A program made the translations under genes and the position numbers. Below, in pieces: positions 1-12,561 of a stretch of 60,000 nucleotides of DNA (positions are counted from its first letter, which is position 1; every line of letters begins with the position of its first letter). Location of the stretch: the NCBI GenBank assembly GCA_965235115.1, contig OZ249436.1:7938001-7998000 (forward strand), in the 5' to 3' direction. The notes under the pieces were generated by a model that was not told where the DNA came from, searched no databases, and saw nothing but the letters and a program-made list of their open reading frames with translations. This DNA is from Laetmonice hystrix (lineage: Eukaryota).

Positions 1-131
1 AAAGCACTGTTAGAGATGAATGTTAACTATGTATGCCGAGTTCATACTGGAGAACACCGACAAGAAAAGTGTCCACTAGAGTACATTTTGATGAACATGA
101 ATAATGAGTGAAGCTAAGACGTTTTTTCTAA

Positions 132-223
132 AGTAGATACTTGCCTGCCGTGGAGTAGATACTTGCGTGCCGTGGAGTAGATCCATGGTTGCCGTGGAGT
201 AGATCCATGGCTGCCGTGGAGTA
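132..223. repeat. Short tandem repeat, 22-bp unit x~4
   Basis: GCCGTGGAGTA recurs at 147, 169, 191 and 213 (22-bp period). Confidence 0.9.
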
Positions 224-3147
224 TTATTCTAAGCGAGCGTCCTTTAACACTCGGGGCAGAGAATCCAAGTCTACACATACCTATCCTCGATCGCTGCAAC
301 TATTCACTGTGTGGTCAAAAAGGTTTCAATAAAGCGATTGATCCAAGTCTCATCAGCCTCTTGTTATTGTTCACCCAGCCTTAGTTGTAGTTTTTTCAGG
401 TGGAGACCCATTGAAAGTTGGTAAATGTACGTCACTGTAAACATAACACCCAGGTTGACAATTCAACATTGGGTCTGTAGGATCGAGCCATAGACACGAC
501 CTACAGCGGTGCCTCAAGTATCAACAAATGCAAACCAAACAAATGTTTAACAGTTTTAATTGAAATCCGTTCTATGGCCCTCCTCAGCTCGATTGGGAAG
601 TCGTCATTGATGGAAAACGTTGCTGAGACGGTGTTGATCTTACGAATTGTAGGATGAGCAAAAGTGGCTTCTGTTTCAGGGATCGCTCACTAGAGGGCGG
701 GTCCGCATCGCCGCGTACCGGCTGGGTGACGTTCCTGGTGCCATGTGACACATAGTCTGGGTATACCGGCCATGTGGAGAGGGGGTCTGGTTGCATTTGT
801 ATCTGATTTAAAACAACCATTGTAAGATATAAATAGTAGCCCTATGATGCTGAACAACATGTTTATTTATCTAGTTTCGTCTTCAGAAGCATACTTTTCT
901 GTTAGTATAAAGAGGATTTTAAGATTATATTCTTATTATTTGAATAGTAGGTAGGGGGAGTTGTGTCGAGAATAGTCGGCCATTAATTTAAAGGTCAGAA
1001 TACATTGAGTTAGTCGGATTATGTGTGAGACTGGATCATGGCCGTCGTCCTGGCAGGCGTACGTTGTTTTCAGGGACAGTGTCTGTTTAAGGTCCCCTAT
1101 CCGGATTACACAGCCCAGTGTTAGTGAATAACGTGACGTCTCAGGTCTTTAAGCTGTCCTGTGTCAGTGTCAGTGTTTGACGTGTAGTCCAAGGGTCTCG
1201 AAACCGGGCCACCTCGGCCGTGTATGACGTGTCAGGGTGCCGCTATTTCTTCATATTGTCCTCCCATCGCCCGTGCCCACTGCCAGCTCGAGTCAGCGTG
1301 ATTAATTTGCAATTAAGATTATGCAGATTAACCTGGGAGCTTATCCTTTGATCCCCTGTGGTGCACGCCTTGGGATTGGACACAGCGACCAGATAAATCC
1401 CCACCGCGGCCCTGTCTGCTCGCCAAGCCGGCTTACTCGTAAAACCAACCACTTTTATTGGCCCACAGTTTCCTCCAGCGAGTGCTCATTGTTATGTAGA
1501 TGAGTTTGGTCAGCCATTCAGACCATCATGACCAGTGTTTGATATCTGCCACTAATAATGTTTCGGTTCGATCAATAACGACACTTGCGTTCCTCATTGT
1601 CGGTGCAACGTGTTCTTTATCAGACTCAACTCCCCAGTTATTAATTGCAATTATTATCGACGCAATCTACTTTCAACGCCAAGGGGAAAAAACAGTAAAA
1701 CAAAAGATTCCGCGCCCAAATGAATACAAAGTACGGGTCGGTATCGGTGGAGGATCATTCTGACGAGTTCCCGTATGTTCTCGGGCTGATCTCGCGTGAT
1801 CCTCACATTGACAACTAGTTGTGCAAACACTCTCTATTTGCATTCCATATTTGAGTGTCATTTGATGAGGCAATTATCAATGCTGTTGTCAGTAGCCCGG
1901 CTTTGTTCATGTGTGCCCCGGTCCACAATGGAAGACTGAACGTAGCTGGTCAGGGTCAGGGCCGGTAGGGGGGTCTAATAAATAAAGCGGGGAGGGTGGG
2001 AGGTGGGGGGTGAGAATTGAGAAAAGTGGTGTATAAGATAGCATGATAAACACACCTAGACATCTCAGTGGTTCTATCCATATCACGGGTGTCGAAAGCT
2101 GTCTTGCAAAGAGAGTTCAGATGTGATAAATCTTTTGTCGTATAATATACGTTTCCTGGCAAGTTCCGTCAAATTGATTTTACTACAGGGATACTAGTTT
2201 GTATATTTCTGGTCAATTTTAGTGGACCTACTCTCTTTACCTCCAATATCCGAAGACCATGTATATATTGCCCTAATAGCTAAATACTAAATATTCCAGG
2301 GAAGGATGTTGCACTTTTAAGGGTGTTCCTACCCTTGCACCCCTGACTCAAAGAACCCCCAATCTCGGTAGATGTATTCCTGTTCCTGGTTAGAAATAGA
2401 CTTATACTCTAACGTTGGTTTGATTAAGATTAAGGTTATATATAGATTATAATTCTCACAACCCGTGTACAGCACAAAAGGTCTCGATCCTCTCGACAGC
2501 AGGGCATCTATATCCACCCCCACCCCCTCCCAACCCCCGTTGGTGACGTAGATATGGCATGCATACTCCCCCTCCGGAAGAGACCTGCATGCGTTGTGTT
2601 CTTGGTCCCCACAGTCTCAATACGGGAGGCCGACTACAACACGCATGCTCGTGTCTTCAATGACGTCATAATTATGACTGTCGGTTGATAATGGAAGAGG
2701 CGTAAAATTTCAATAATTCATCCATCACCCTCAGCGACGCATGTGATAATAAATTATCCCGCATCTGATCCCCCCCCCCCCACCCCACCCCATCCGGAGA
2801 ATAATTTTTCGACTTTTGAAAATGAAACCGAGTCTAATCTGCATGGTGTCGTCAGATGATGATTTGGTTATCACCAGGCCGGGTATACTCTGTGCTATTT
2901 ATCGACCGACGGCCAAACCGGGCACCTTTTACAGACAATGTTAGTGTGCTCACGTGACCGGTGTCATCTATGTCCACAGAACATGACCCTGAAGTAGCTG
3001 ACCAACACATTAATCAGTATCCTGGCGGTTGTGTTGACTGTCTCGCATTTACAGTTATCGCTTTATTTGCGCACTCTTTTTCAGAGTGAAGGTTCCCATT
3101 ACCATATTAACCTCGTCCGTATTGTGTTTGCTTGCCAGCCATGCATC

Positions 3148-3255
3148 AAATGTTGACAATACAAGACGCGCGTAGACTTCCGCTTACGTCATACATACGG
3201 TCGAAATGTTGACAATTCAAGACGCGCCTAGACTTCCGCTTACGTCATACATACG
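3148..3255. repeat. Tandem duplication, 56-bp period x2
   Basis: AAATGTTGACAAT..AGACTTCCGCTTACGTCATACATACG starts at 3148 and 3204, with 2 substitutions. Confidence 0.9.
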
Positions 3256-3394
3256 TCATAATTAACTTCCGGGTGACAGGGTGAGCAGATCACAGAGGAA
3301 CAGGAGAAAGGACACCAACAATTCCCTGCATGGAAAACACGGAAAGTTGTTTTTAAAAATCTGCAACACACGGGGAAAACATATAGCTGCTATA

Positions 3395-3395
3395 G

Positions 3396-3444
<49 letters not shown>
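3395..3444. repeat. (GTT)n microsatellite
   Basis: About 16 perfect GTT units. Confidence 0.98.
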
Positions 3445-4454
3445 CAACAGGGAAAATGTATTGTGGGCTCATGAGGAACGCAGGGAAGTAAAAAATGTAA
3501 TTTGCTTGGTCACCTACGAATGAATGGGTGAGAGTCCCTTTTATAAATAGATGAAAATATCATTCCCCCCCCGGTTTTACTCAGCCCCAGTTTTAATCGT
3601 TTTAGTGGGTATAATATCACCTTCCGAATAAAGAAACGCAGTGTAAGTTTGAATATAGACCAATAAAAATAAATCTTATTTGAAACCAAGGTATTCTAAA
3701 TATCGTGCTAAATCTTGTAATAGGAACTGGATACCTGAAGCCATGCCCGAGTTAAAACTTTTACTGCACACGTAATGTCACTTTATAGATCCATTATCTT
3801 ACCTGTTGCATGCCGTGCTCGTCGTGTGTGTGGTGTGTGTGTGGGTGGGGGGGGGGGGGATAGGGGTGCCTGCCGGCGTCCGGATCGTAGCAATGGCCAT
3901 GACGCTACAGAGGCGTCAGGCAGAACGTTGGCGTTCCGGGTCCGAGAGGGAGCGTCACGTCGAACGCCGCTGTTTGTTTGTAATTAACGCACACCGAGGC
4001 ACAGTTTTCAATTCCATTACGTGTTTCCGTCCAATTTAAAACAACAGCAAATGAAATTAAAACAGTTATCTTTAAATCTTACTTCTCGTGTTGAATGATT
4101 ATGGGATCGTGTTTTACACATCTGTGTGGGCTAAAGCGTTTCATTATTTTTCGGACAATTAAAATCATTAAACTGTGGGATCCAGGGTTGGTGTGGCCAG
4201 AACCGCAGCTTGCAACCAAACACCACACGACGTCTTGACGACAACCACGAGCCAAGCTCCGAGCGCCACCATGCGAGCTGCGTCAAGACCACAGACGAAC
4301 CAAACCGTCAGACTTACCGGTAGTGAGTCGTCTGTTTTTTAGGGTAGGCACGATAATAAGCCATGGTAGGAAGATAGCTAGCTATAGTTAAGTGCGTAGG
4401 CGATGGGAATTTGAACAGAGCATCCGAGCATCGTTTCTGTTGATATGTGCTTAA

Positions 4455-4620
4455 AGCGACAGTCTCGTCCTTCAGCATTGTGCGAAAGGGGGCCATCCTA
4501 ACGGTCGATGTGCTATTTATAGATTTCAATTCCTATGCTGAAGCATAGTTAGGATGGTCGTAGCTATCAAATAGGCCACTAGGTGGCTGCGAGCATGGTC
4601 TAACGGACGAGACTGTCGCT
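4455..4620. mobile_element. 166-bp TTAA-flanked MITE (Kolobok/T2-type)
   Basis: Perfect 16-bp TIRs AGCGACAGTCTCGTCC / GGACGAGACTGTCGCT, flanked by TTAA at 4451-4454 and 4621-4624. The AG start fits Kolobok-type ends rather than piggyBac CCC ends. Confidence 0.8.
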
Positions 4621-4631
4621 TTAATTGGTCA

Positions 4632-4788
4632 GGGGCTCGTTTCACTAAGACTGTACGAGCTCGTATACATAGTATATGGCCTTATAGCTCGCAAACAAGA
4701 AAAAACTCGCACATTTTGCTATTATAATCTATAGAAAATACGAGCTCGTAAAATACGAGTGTTTAGTGTAGAGTGTAGAGTGAGGCCT
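4632..4788. mobile_element. Degenerate MITE, PIF/Harbinger-like
   Basis: Left end GGGGCTCGTTTCACTAA..TACGAGCTCGTAT; right end ATACGAGCTCGTA..TTAGTG..GAGGCCT. TCA on both sides (4629-4631, 4789-4791) is a possible 3-bp TSD. Confidence 0.5.
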
Positions 4789-5001
4789 TCAGAAAAAGGT
4801 TCAACTGCGAAATGTTTAGGCCCTATAATACATTCAGTGCGTGATCTGGCCCAAGAACTAAGGTGGGCGATATCTTTCTCAGCAGGGACACTCTTCATTC
4901 TTTGTGCCGTTATGCAAGGGGGGGGGGGGCAGAAGTGACGTCACAATGACTTACGCCTATAAATGCTTTTGCATTGAGACATGCGGTCATTTTATAAATA
5001 T

Positions 5002-5051
5002 GGGGGGGGGGGGGCTGCAGCCCCTTCTGCCCCCAGCTTCCTACGCCCCTG
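5002..5051. mobile_element. Possible single terminus of a small non-autonomous DNA transposon
   Basis: Ends ...CTTCCTACGCCCCTG (reverse complement CAGGGGCGTAGGAAG) next to a G-run and a GGGGCTGCAGCCCC palindrome. The partner end is not identifiable. Confidence 0.3.
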
Positions 5052-5596
5052 TCATGTGAGGAGAAACTCGTGGAGAAGATAACCAGACATGACTGCACGC
5101 ACTAGCTTACGACCCCCGGATCGCAGTATGATTTTGTTTTTGATTTCATGACAGTTTCTGGGACGTGAGTGAGACACTGTTTGTGATGAACATTTCAAAC
5201 TGTGGCGTGATTATGTTCAGAATGATAATCTGGCGTGAAGTGATGGCATGCCTACCTCCCGTTACCCCGACGGGAGACTGTCTTCGACACGCGGGGCACA
5301 TCCGAGATCTGCTGCTCCATCCATTCCTGATCTGGATGCTGACGCTTGGCGTCTATAGAAACATTTGTATGTTTGCGTATACATATAGTATAAGTTCGAT
5401 ACGGACGTAATAGTCCGCTGTAATCTACCGTTCAGTACTCATTGAACAGATCGAAGATATAGATTGACTACATGTATGGGGCAAATGAAAACCTGCCGGA
5501 TCTGGGACCCTGAACAAAATCACGAATAGAAAAAATGAAGATTTGTCTCTCCATATAGGCCTATACATCTTCTCACCTGAAATACCAGGGATAGTT

Positions 5597-6017
5597 ACGA
5601 AATGAACGTTAACCCTCCTTCCCACCAGACGACGTGAACGTTAACCCTGCTCCCCACCAGACGTGAACGTTAACCCTCCTCCCCACCAGACGAAATTATC
5701 GTTAACCCTCCTCTCCAGCGGAAGAAATGATCGTTAACCCTGCTCCCCACCAGACGACGTGAACGTTAACCCTGCTCCCCACCAGACGAAATTATCGTTA
5801 ACCCTCCTCCCCACCAGACGAAATGATCGTTAACCCTCCTCCCCACCAGACGAAATGATTGTTAACCCTCCTCCCCACCAGACGACGTGAACGTTAACCC
5901 TGCTCCCCACCAGACGAAATTATCGTTAACCCTCCTCCCCACCAGACGTGAAGGTTAACCCTCCTCCCCACCAGACGAAATGATCGTTAACCCTCCTCCC
6001 CACCAGACGAAATAATC
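5597..6017. repeat. Minisatellite, ~32-bp unit (29-33) x~13
   Basis: Unit ACGAAATGATCGTTAACCCTCCTCCCCACCAG with several variants. Confidence 0.95.
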
Positions 6018-6114
6018 TGGTCGAGAACGTAGCCTACGTGGCATAATTCATCCTTAAATGATGCCTTAGTTTAGACCTACTGCTAATATCGACGTATAGA
6101 CTATTATATATCTA

Positions 6115-6761
6115 CTGGCAAGAACCCGTGCGCCGCACGGGACCGTAGGGGGCTAAAAGAGGTAGACCGTGAAGTACATAGGACGCACAAAATCATGGAA
6201 AAATGACCCCCTGTCTCAGTCCCTTGAGTACGATCTTAATGGACGGCTCCACTTGATTATCGCGGTCTCGAGAGAAATGATACACAACTTTCCCCTCGGA
6301 AAGGGTCAGAGTCTCTCGGACTACATCACAGATCAACGGCTCACCAAGTGGGCGGCCGGGTGCGGGGGTCGAGTCGGTGGCACAGGTGGAAAGTGGCTCG
6401 ATTGTCGCGATGCCGTAAACGGGGTCAGTTGTTGGCTGGAGACCTGCCCTCTGCTGCTGCCCTCTACCGCCGCACCAGAGATGGTGCGGCCAGACTGCCA
6501 CCAGAGGGCGCAGGTCTCCAGCCAAGGTCAGTTGTCGTAGCCGATCAACAACAACAATGGCGGACAGTTCGGGCAGTTGTAGTGAAACATGTGCCAAAAA
6601 TGCCTCACAGCGCCAAGGAAACAAACATTAATACACATCAAAACAAACAGGGGAATACTGTAAATATGCCTGGCGTACTTTCAAGTTGATGCTTCGAAAG
6701 GGAAAAGCGGTAGAGCGATGACAACGCAGCCCCCTTACAGTATATTATATTAGTATATAGA
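6115..6761 (-). mobile_element. Complete non-autonomous Helitron (647 bp)
   Basis: The minus strand begins A|TCTATATACTAATATAA (6761) and ends with the hairpin CCCGTGCGGCGCACGGG (6125-6141), then TTCTTG-CCAG|T. It has a 5' TC, a subterminal hairpin, a CTRR-like end (CCAG, one mismatch), insertion between A and T, and no TSD. Confidence 0.8.
6432..6525. mobile_element. 94-bp foldback mini-element nested in the Helitron, 9-bp TSD
   Basis: Perfect 15-bp TIRs TTGGCTGGAGACCTG / CAGGTCTCCAGCCAA, an inner inverted pair GCCGCACCA / TGGTGCGGC, and the direct repeat GGTCAGTTG at 6423-6431 and 6526-6534. Confidence 0.85.
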
Positions 6762-9700
6762 TCGGCCATATTCTTTTTCCTCACAATGCAGTTCAAGTTC
6801 CAACTTAATAGGACTATTCCCTGTTATCGTAACTCATAGAACTATAAGAGTCAAGCCACTGAGAGGCCAATACCAAATTAATGATGTGAAACTAAATAGG
6901 ATCTTCCATCGATAACTATTACACGATCTTAGCGCGACGGATGTCACGGGAGCATGTGCGTGAGGTGGCCGTCTTTGATTCTATATACAGGGTAGGTCTC
7001 ACCGCAATCACAAACTTTTGATGTCGGCTGTTCACAGCTTTGTGGTGACGCTCGGAAATGGTGCACAAAAACGGCGCCGGCGATGACGCGGCGTGCGGCT
7101 AGGGTTAATGTGACATTGTTAGCTGACGCTTTGTACAAGAGGAACTGGAGGCGTGATTGTAGAAGGCAAGGCGATGTGTTTTACCGGCTAGCACATTTAC
7201 CTCGCGTGTCGAAGTAACTTTGAAAACGACACTTGACGTGTGTTGTGTTTTCCTGTAACGACAGCCGTCCTGGTAATGGTCTGTCGGCTCCTTTGATCTG
7301 CTCGTCTGCCTAGATATGAAGACAATGGCGATATGTTAAGGATCTAATGACAAGAGTCACGATTCCATCTTTTTGCTGAGCGATTTTACCTTGATTATCT
7401 TTAGATTTTCTATACTATGGATAACACAACTTTGTTTTATGATGAGTTCCATGTCTTCACTTGCCTATATATAGGCATACCGATCATTATTTTTGAAATC
7501 CAGCACGGATGTCTTCTGAACTTCAGTCAATGTATACATTGTACATATTGTAGAAATTCTGTTTAAGTTCTCATTTGCTTTGTGAATTTGAACCAGATAT
7601 GACCCCCCCCCCCCCCAATACAACAGCTGTCTTAATTTAGCCCTTGGTCTAACCCCCCCCCCCCCTCCCCGAGCGAGTTGTTTGGAGGGGGAGGAGGCGG
7701 TCAGGAGTACCCTGTGCAGTCATACAGTAATAATGGGAGCTATATGGTTTCAACAAGGTGGGATGATCGCACAAACCTGACGCGACTGTTCTCAGGGCGA
7801 CGTGGCTGTCACCTTGTACATAATAAAATAATTATAACAAAAATGGGCCCACGTGGCGGTGATTCGGGCTGACAGGGGCACGCGGCGGCTCTCATGAAAG
7901 GCCTCCCTGCGGGGGGCATCAGGTGTCACAGGTGTGTAAATGGGATCGCCTTTGAATACCATGTGGAATGGCACGCGCCTTGATTAGGCAGCGTGTCGGG
8001 TTATCCTGTCAGTGAACAGTTAAGAAGGTCTGGACCGGCTCGCCTGTCACCCACCACCTGGTGGCCGACTCGAGACTTACACGTCACGTGGTCTGTCACC
8101 TACGTCAAAGGTGATTTTAATGACATTGGGCCAGGATGCCAGTGGTGTGGATTCCAGTGTTATAGAAGAATTTCTTTCTTCTCGGGTTCAGGAACGCCGT
8201 TTTTCTGCAAGAATCAGAAGAACCAGGAAGCATGGAAAGGGAAATAGAGATTGTCGACCATGGGAGAGGCGTTCTTTCATGCACCAGCCTGTTTCGCCAG
8301 CGTCTACCATAGAGAACCTGACGCGATGCTACACTGTGAACTGTTTTTGGAATCCTTTTTACGTACTTATGGTAGCTTCAGGAGAGACCACACAACCTAT
8401 CCATAACCGATATAATACGGCGCCGACATACAATCGTGACCGTTTCAAACATGGATGTCTGTGAGAGATATTTCTCACTAATACAACCGGTGATTGGCCA
8501 AATAACTTAATGGCGGCATGCGTTGGCTGAGCGAGCCGAGGTCTTTGATGTCGAGGTAGCAGAGTGAGATGGCACCATTACTGAACGGGTATAAGCGCCG
8601 GCGCCCACGGCCTTTACATCACTCAATCTCTAACGTTGATGCTATCGGCAAAGTCCTCGTTACCAATGTGAGATTTAAGCGCGATCATTTAATTAACCTC
8701 CCTGTCGAAACTTTTTTGAGTATGGCAACAGCACTGGTGACCTTGGATTTGTAAGAGTTTAATGGTTACAAAAATATGTTCACCGCTTTATTTAAATACT
8801 GAGTTTCTGATTGAGAAGCTGCAAATGGTGAAAAGGAAACGGTATTTGCTCTGCTGGGGGCGAGATGGCACTATAATGTTAGTTCATTCCCGTTCTGGAT
8901 GATAATTTATGTGCAACATTATACGCCCCTACCTTTTTAATACATCTCAGCGTGTTCTACAATTTTTTAATCTTCACTCAATTCATTTTATTGCACGATA
9001 TAAACGCCATCGTCATTATATTTTAGAATAGAAACCGAATTACGTGTATATTGAGTTAGGGAGGAAGTTGCCCTGATAACATGACGCTGTAAATCAGATA
9101 GGCGGAATCTCTATAGCAACCGGTGTGAACCGGTTTCGACATTTTCGTCACGATCTCACGTTGTCCTAACTCACTGACGGTATCTGAACGCTTGACGTGA
9201 CGAGCCCAAATCACCGGCAATCGGAACATTAACGGTGTGACGGTTTGACATAAACAGTTCTGAGACAGCAACCATCTCGCTTCCTGAAACCTCGTCTCCT
9301 TCAACAATAAAGCCAACATCTTTGCTGCGTCGCTGTATCAGGGGGTTGTGGTGGTGTTGTGAATTCCCAGAGCCCGAATCGGTAAAGGCGCCGCGCCGGC
9401 GATAAGCGTTTCCAATCAAACGTCCAACACTCATGGCGAGACAGCAGACGAACTTTCTTGGCGCACCACTTTTCGCGTTATCGGCGGCGTGGAGGTAGAA
9501 GATTGGCCCAACCACCCACTCGCTTAGACACGCTGTCCGTGGCCGCAGGGACCAATAACGGTTCCATCTCCGCACAGATCGCTTCCACACGCAATTTCTG
9601 TCGAAAAAGAAAATGTAATAGTCTGATATTTTCACGATCAGAAACATGATGTTGTAACGACAGTGCCTGACGTTCATCTTGGACCATGGCCCAAGAGAAT

Positions 9701-10788
9701 AGACAGAATAGGAAGCACCCGGCAGACGCCCTCATTCGTAGTATAATGTGTGACGTTTTCTCCGCCCCCTACAAGTTTACATTTTTTATTATATGAAGAA
9801 TATGCCTCGCTCCACAGCGTTCCTTCCCAGAAAGTTTTTATGTTGCCAGGAGAAATAAAAACTTTTATCAGTAATGGAGTGTAATGTTATAAATATATGA
9901 GCGAGAAAATATGGCTATATTGATTTATGCCTAGGTTTTTATTTTCGTGTAAAGGCGCCATGAGAGTCTCGGCGCCATCGATATATTACGAGGGAGTGTA
10001 ATGTATTTACCCGCTTGTACTTTTCACTTTTCTTTCAAAACTCCGAATTACCAACGGCATATCTATAATATAAAGGGACAGGGTCGATTTTTGTTGGGAT
10101 ACGTTGGCAGGAGGGTCAGCAAAAAGACAATAGATAAGGACGATATCGGGCCCCTCTGGGGTCACATGATAACGTTGACTGTCCCATAGGCGCATCCCGA
10201 GACTTGGTGTCGCTCTGTTTGCTTTTAGGAATGATAGGCAATTTTCAATTGCCTCAGGCTGTAATTGGAAAACATGGCCGCTGGTTGAGACAACTAAGAT
10301 AGCATCGGAAAGTGATTTGTATGGTTAACGGGACGTTTGGTGGAGTTTGAGGCACATGTCGATAAACCAACCTATCCGAACATACATCAACTGAAATTGT
10401 GATCACCGAAAGGCATGTCTCCCAAACCACGCCAGCATTGATATGAATCACTCGAGATATGCCATCAGAGGCCTGGCAAGGATGTAAGCGTCTGCCTTGT
10501 CGGATAACTTGTATGTAACCAGATAACGGGAATTTACATACACCTATATATTAAAGTGAGATAGGCACTGGGTGATCGAGTACGCCTACACTATACTGGT
10601 ACCAGTATATAGTCTCCTCTTTTGTATCAGTTAATTCAAACTTTGGCTTTAAATATCGCTGTGGTATAAGGCTATTGAGACTGAGGTATTATACTTATAA
10701 CTATACACAAATACCGGTTTAAAGTATAATATGATAGCTTTGTTAACCACAACGATTATCTTGATACCCCACCCCCACCCAATCCGCT

Positions 10789-11512
10789 AGGTAGGTCCTA
10801 TACATGAGCACAAGGTCAAGGTAGGTCCTATACACGGGCACAAGTTCAGGGTAGGTCCTATACATGGGTACAAGGTCAGGGTAGGTCCCATACACGGGCA
10901 CAAGGTCAAGGTAGGTCCTATACACGGGCACAAGGTCAAGGTAGGTCCTATACACGGGCACAAGGTCAAGGTAGGTCCTATACACGGGCACAAGGTCATG
11001 GTAGGTCCTATACACGGGCACAAGGCCGTCAAGGCAGGTCCTATACACGGGCACAAGGTCAGGGTAGGTCCTATACACGGGCACAAGGTCAGGGTAGGTC
11101 CTATACATGGGCACAAGGTCAAGGTAGGTCCCATAGACGGGCACAAAGTCATGGTAGCTCCTATACATTGGCACAAGGTCAAGGTAGGTCCCATAGACGG
11201 GCACAAGGTCAAGGTAGGTCTTATACACGGGCACAAGGTCAAGGTAGGTCCTATACATGGGCACAAGGTCAGGGTAGGTCCTATACACGGGCACAAGGTC
11301 AGGGTAGGTCCTATACACGGGCACAAGGTCAGGGTAGGTCCTATACACGGGCACAAGTTCAGGGTAGGTCCTATACACGGGCACAAGTTCAGGGTAGGTC
11401 CTATACACGGGCACAAGGTCAGGGTAGGTCCTATACACGGGCACAAGGTCAAGGTAGGTCCTATACACGGGCACAAGGTCAAGGTAGGTCCTATACACGG
11501 GCACAAGGTCAG
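10789..11512. repeat. Minisatellite, 30-bp unit x~24
   Basis: Unit AGGTAGGTCCTATACACGGGCACAAGGTCA; explains the four overlapping periodic ORFs here. Confidence 0.98.
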
Positions 11513-11992
11513 TCGTTCAATGCAGACTCTCATAGGGCCTTCTCTGAATTTGGCAAAGTCGCCCCTAAGGGAAGATTCGAGGCGTCTTGAAGAGGACCGT
11601 GGACAGCTGACCTTCAGGTTTCGGACTATTACTATCAGGCGAGGTGGTTTGTGATGGTCTGGGCTACAAATTGGATACTTTGGTACGTAGGCCTACTGCA
11701 AGGAACGATGGAGCGGGCCCCGTCCCCATCTGTTATCGCATATCCAAGTAGAGTAGCCTCCATCTGTACGCCTATCTTGTCATCACGGATCGCAAACCCC
11801 GCGGGTAAATTGCATCTTTGGCAGCACTCGCCTAGTGTGCTTGTTAATTCAATAAACGCAGAAACATTAAGTGGGAACGCCGCGTCACGTGTTGCAGCCA
11901 ATCAGAAGCGGCGGTTGGCGAGGCTGCGGGGCTGTAGGCAGGTGAGAGCGGGAAGGTGGGTGGTGATCTGATCCTGAGTGACTCGTAGCCAG

Positions 11993-12561
11993 GGACAGGT
12001 GGAGGACGGACCCGCCCCCTCCCACCTCACCCAGTCTAATCAACTCTGAGGACAGGTGGAGGACGGACCCACCCCCTCCCACCTCACCCAGTCTAATCAA
12101 CTCTGAGGACAGGTGGAGGACGGACCCGCCCCCTCCCACCTCACCCAGTCTAATCAACTCTGAGGACAGGTGGAGGACGGACCCGCCCCCTCCCACCTCA
12201 CCCAGTCAACTCTGAGGACAGGTGGAGGACGGACCCGCCCCCTCCCACCTCACCCAGTCTAATCAACTCTGAGGACAGATGGAGGACGGACCCACCCCCT
12301 CCCACCTCACCCAGTCTAATCAACTCTGAGGACAGGTGGAGGACGGACCCGCCCCCTCCCACCTCACCCAGTCTAATCAACTCTGAGGACAGGTGGAGGA
12401 CGGACCCGCCCCCTCCCACCTCACCCAGTCTAATCAACTCTGAGGACAGGTGGAGGACGGACCCGCCCCCTCCCACCTCACCCAGTCTAATCAACTCTGA
12501 GGACAGGTGGAGGACGGACCCACCCCCTCCCACCTCACCCAGTCTAATCAACTCTGAGGAC
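11993..12561. repeat. Minisatellite, 57-bp unit x10
   Basis: Unit GGACAGGTGGAGGACGGACCCGCCCCCTCCCACCTCACCCAGTCTAATCAACTCTGA; one unit has a 5-bp deletion near 12207. Confidence 0.98.

Noticed and set aside
1..111. Open frame containing HTGE (zinc-finger linker-like)
   Set aside because: No C2H2 spacing around it; too short and truncated by the window edge to call.
644..803. Possible minus-strand exon bounded by AATCAG and GTAAGA
   Set aside because: The splice signals are plausible, but the peptide is unrecognisable and no partner exons support it.
5597..6017. Interstitial telomeric repeat (TAACCC)
   Set aside because: Only one TAACCC per 32-bp unit, not tandem telomeric hexamers.
10743..11654. 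Four overlapping ORFs of 140-253 aa
   Set aside because: Artefact of the 30-bp tandem unit.
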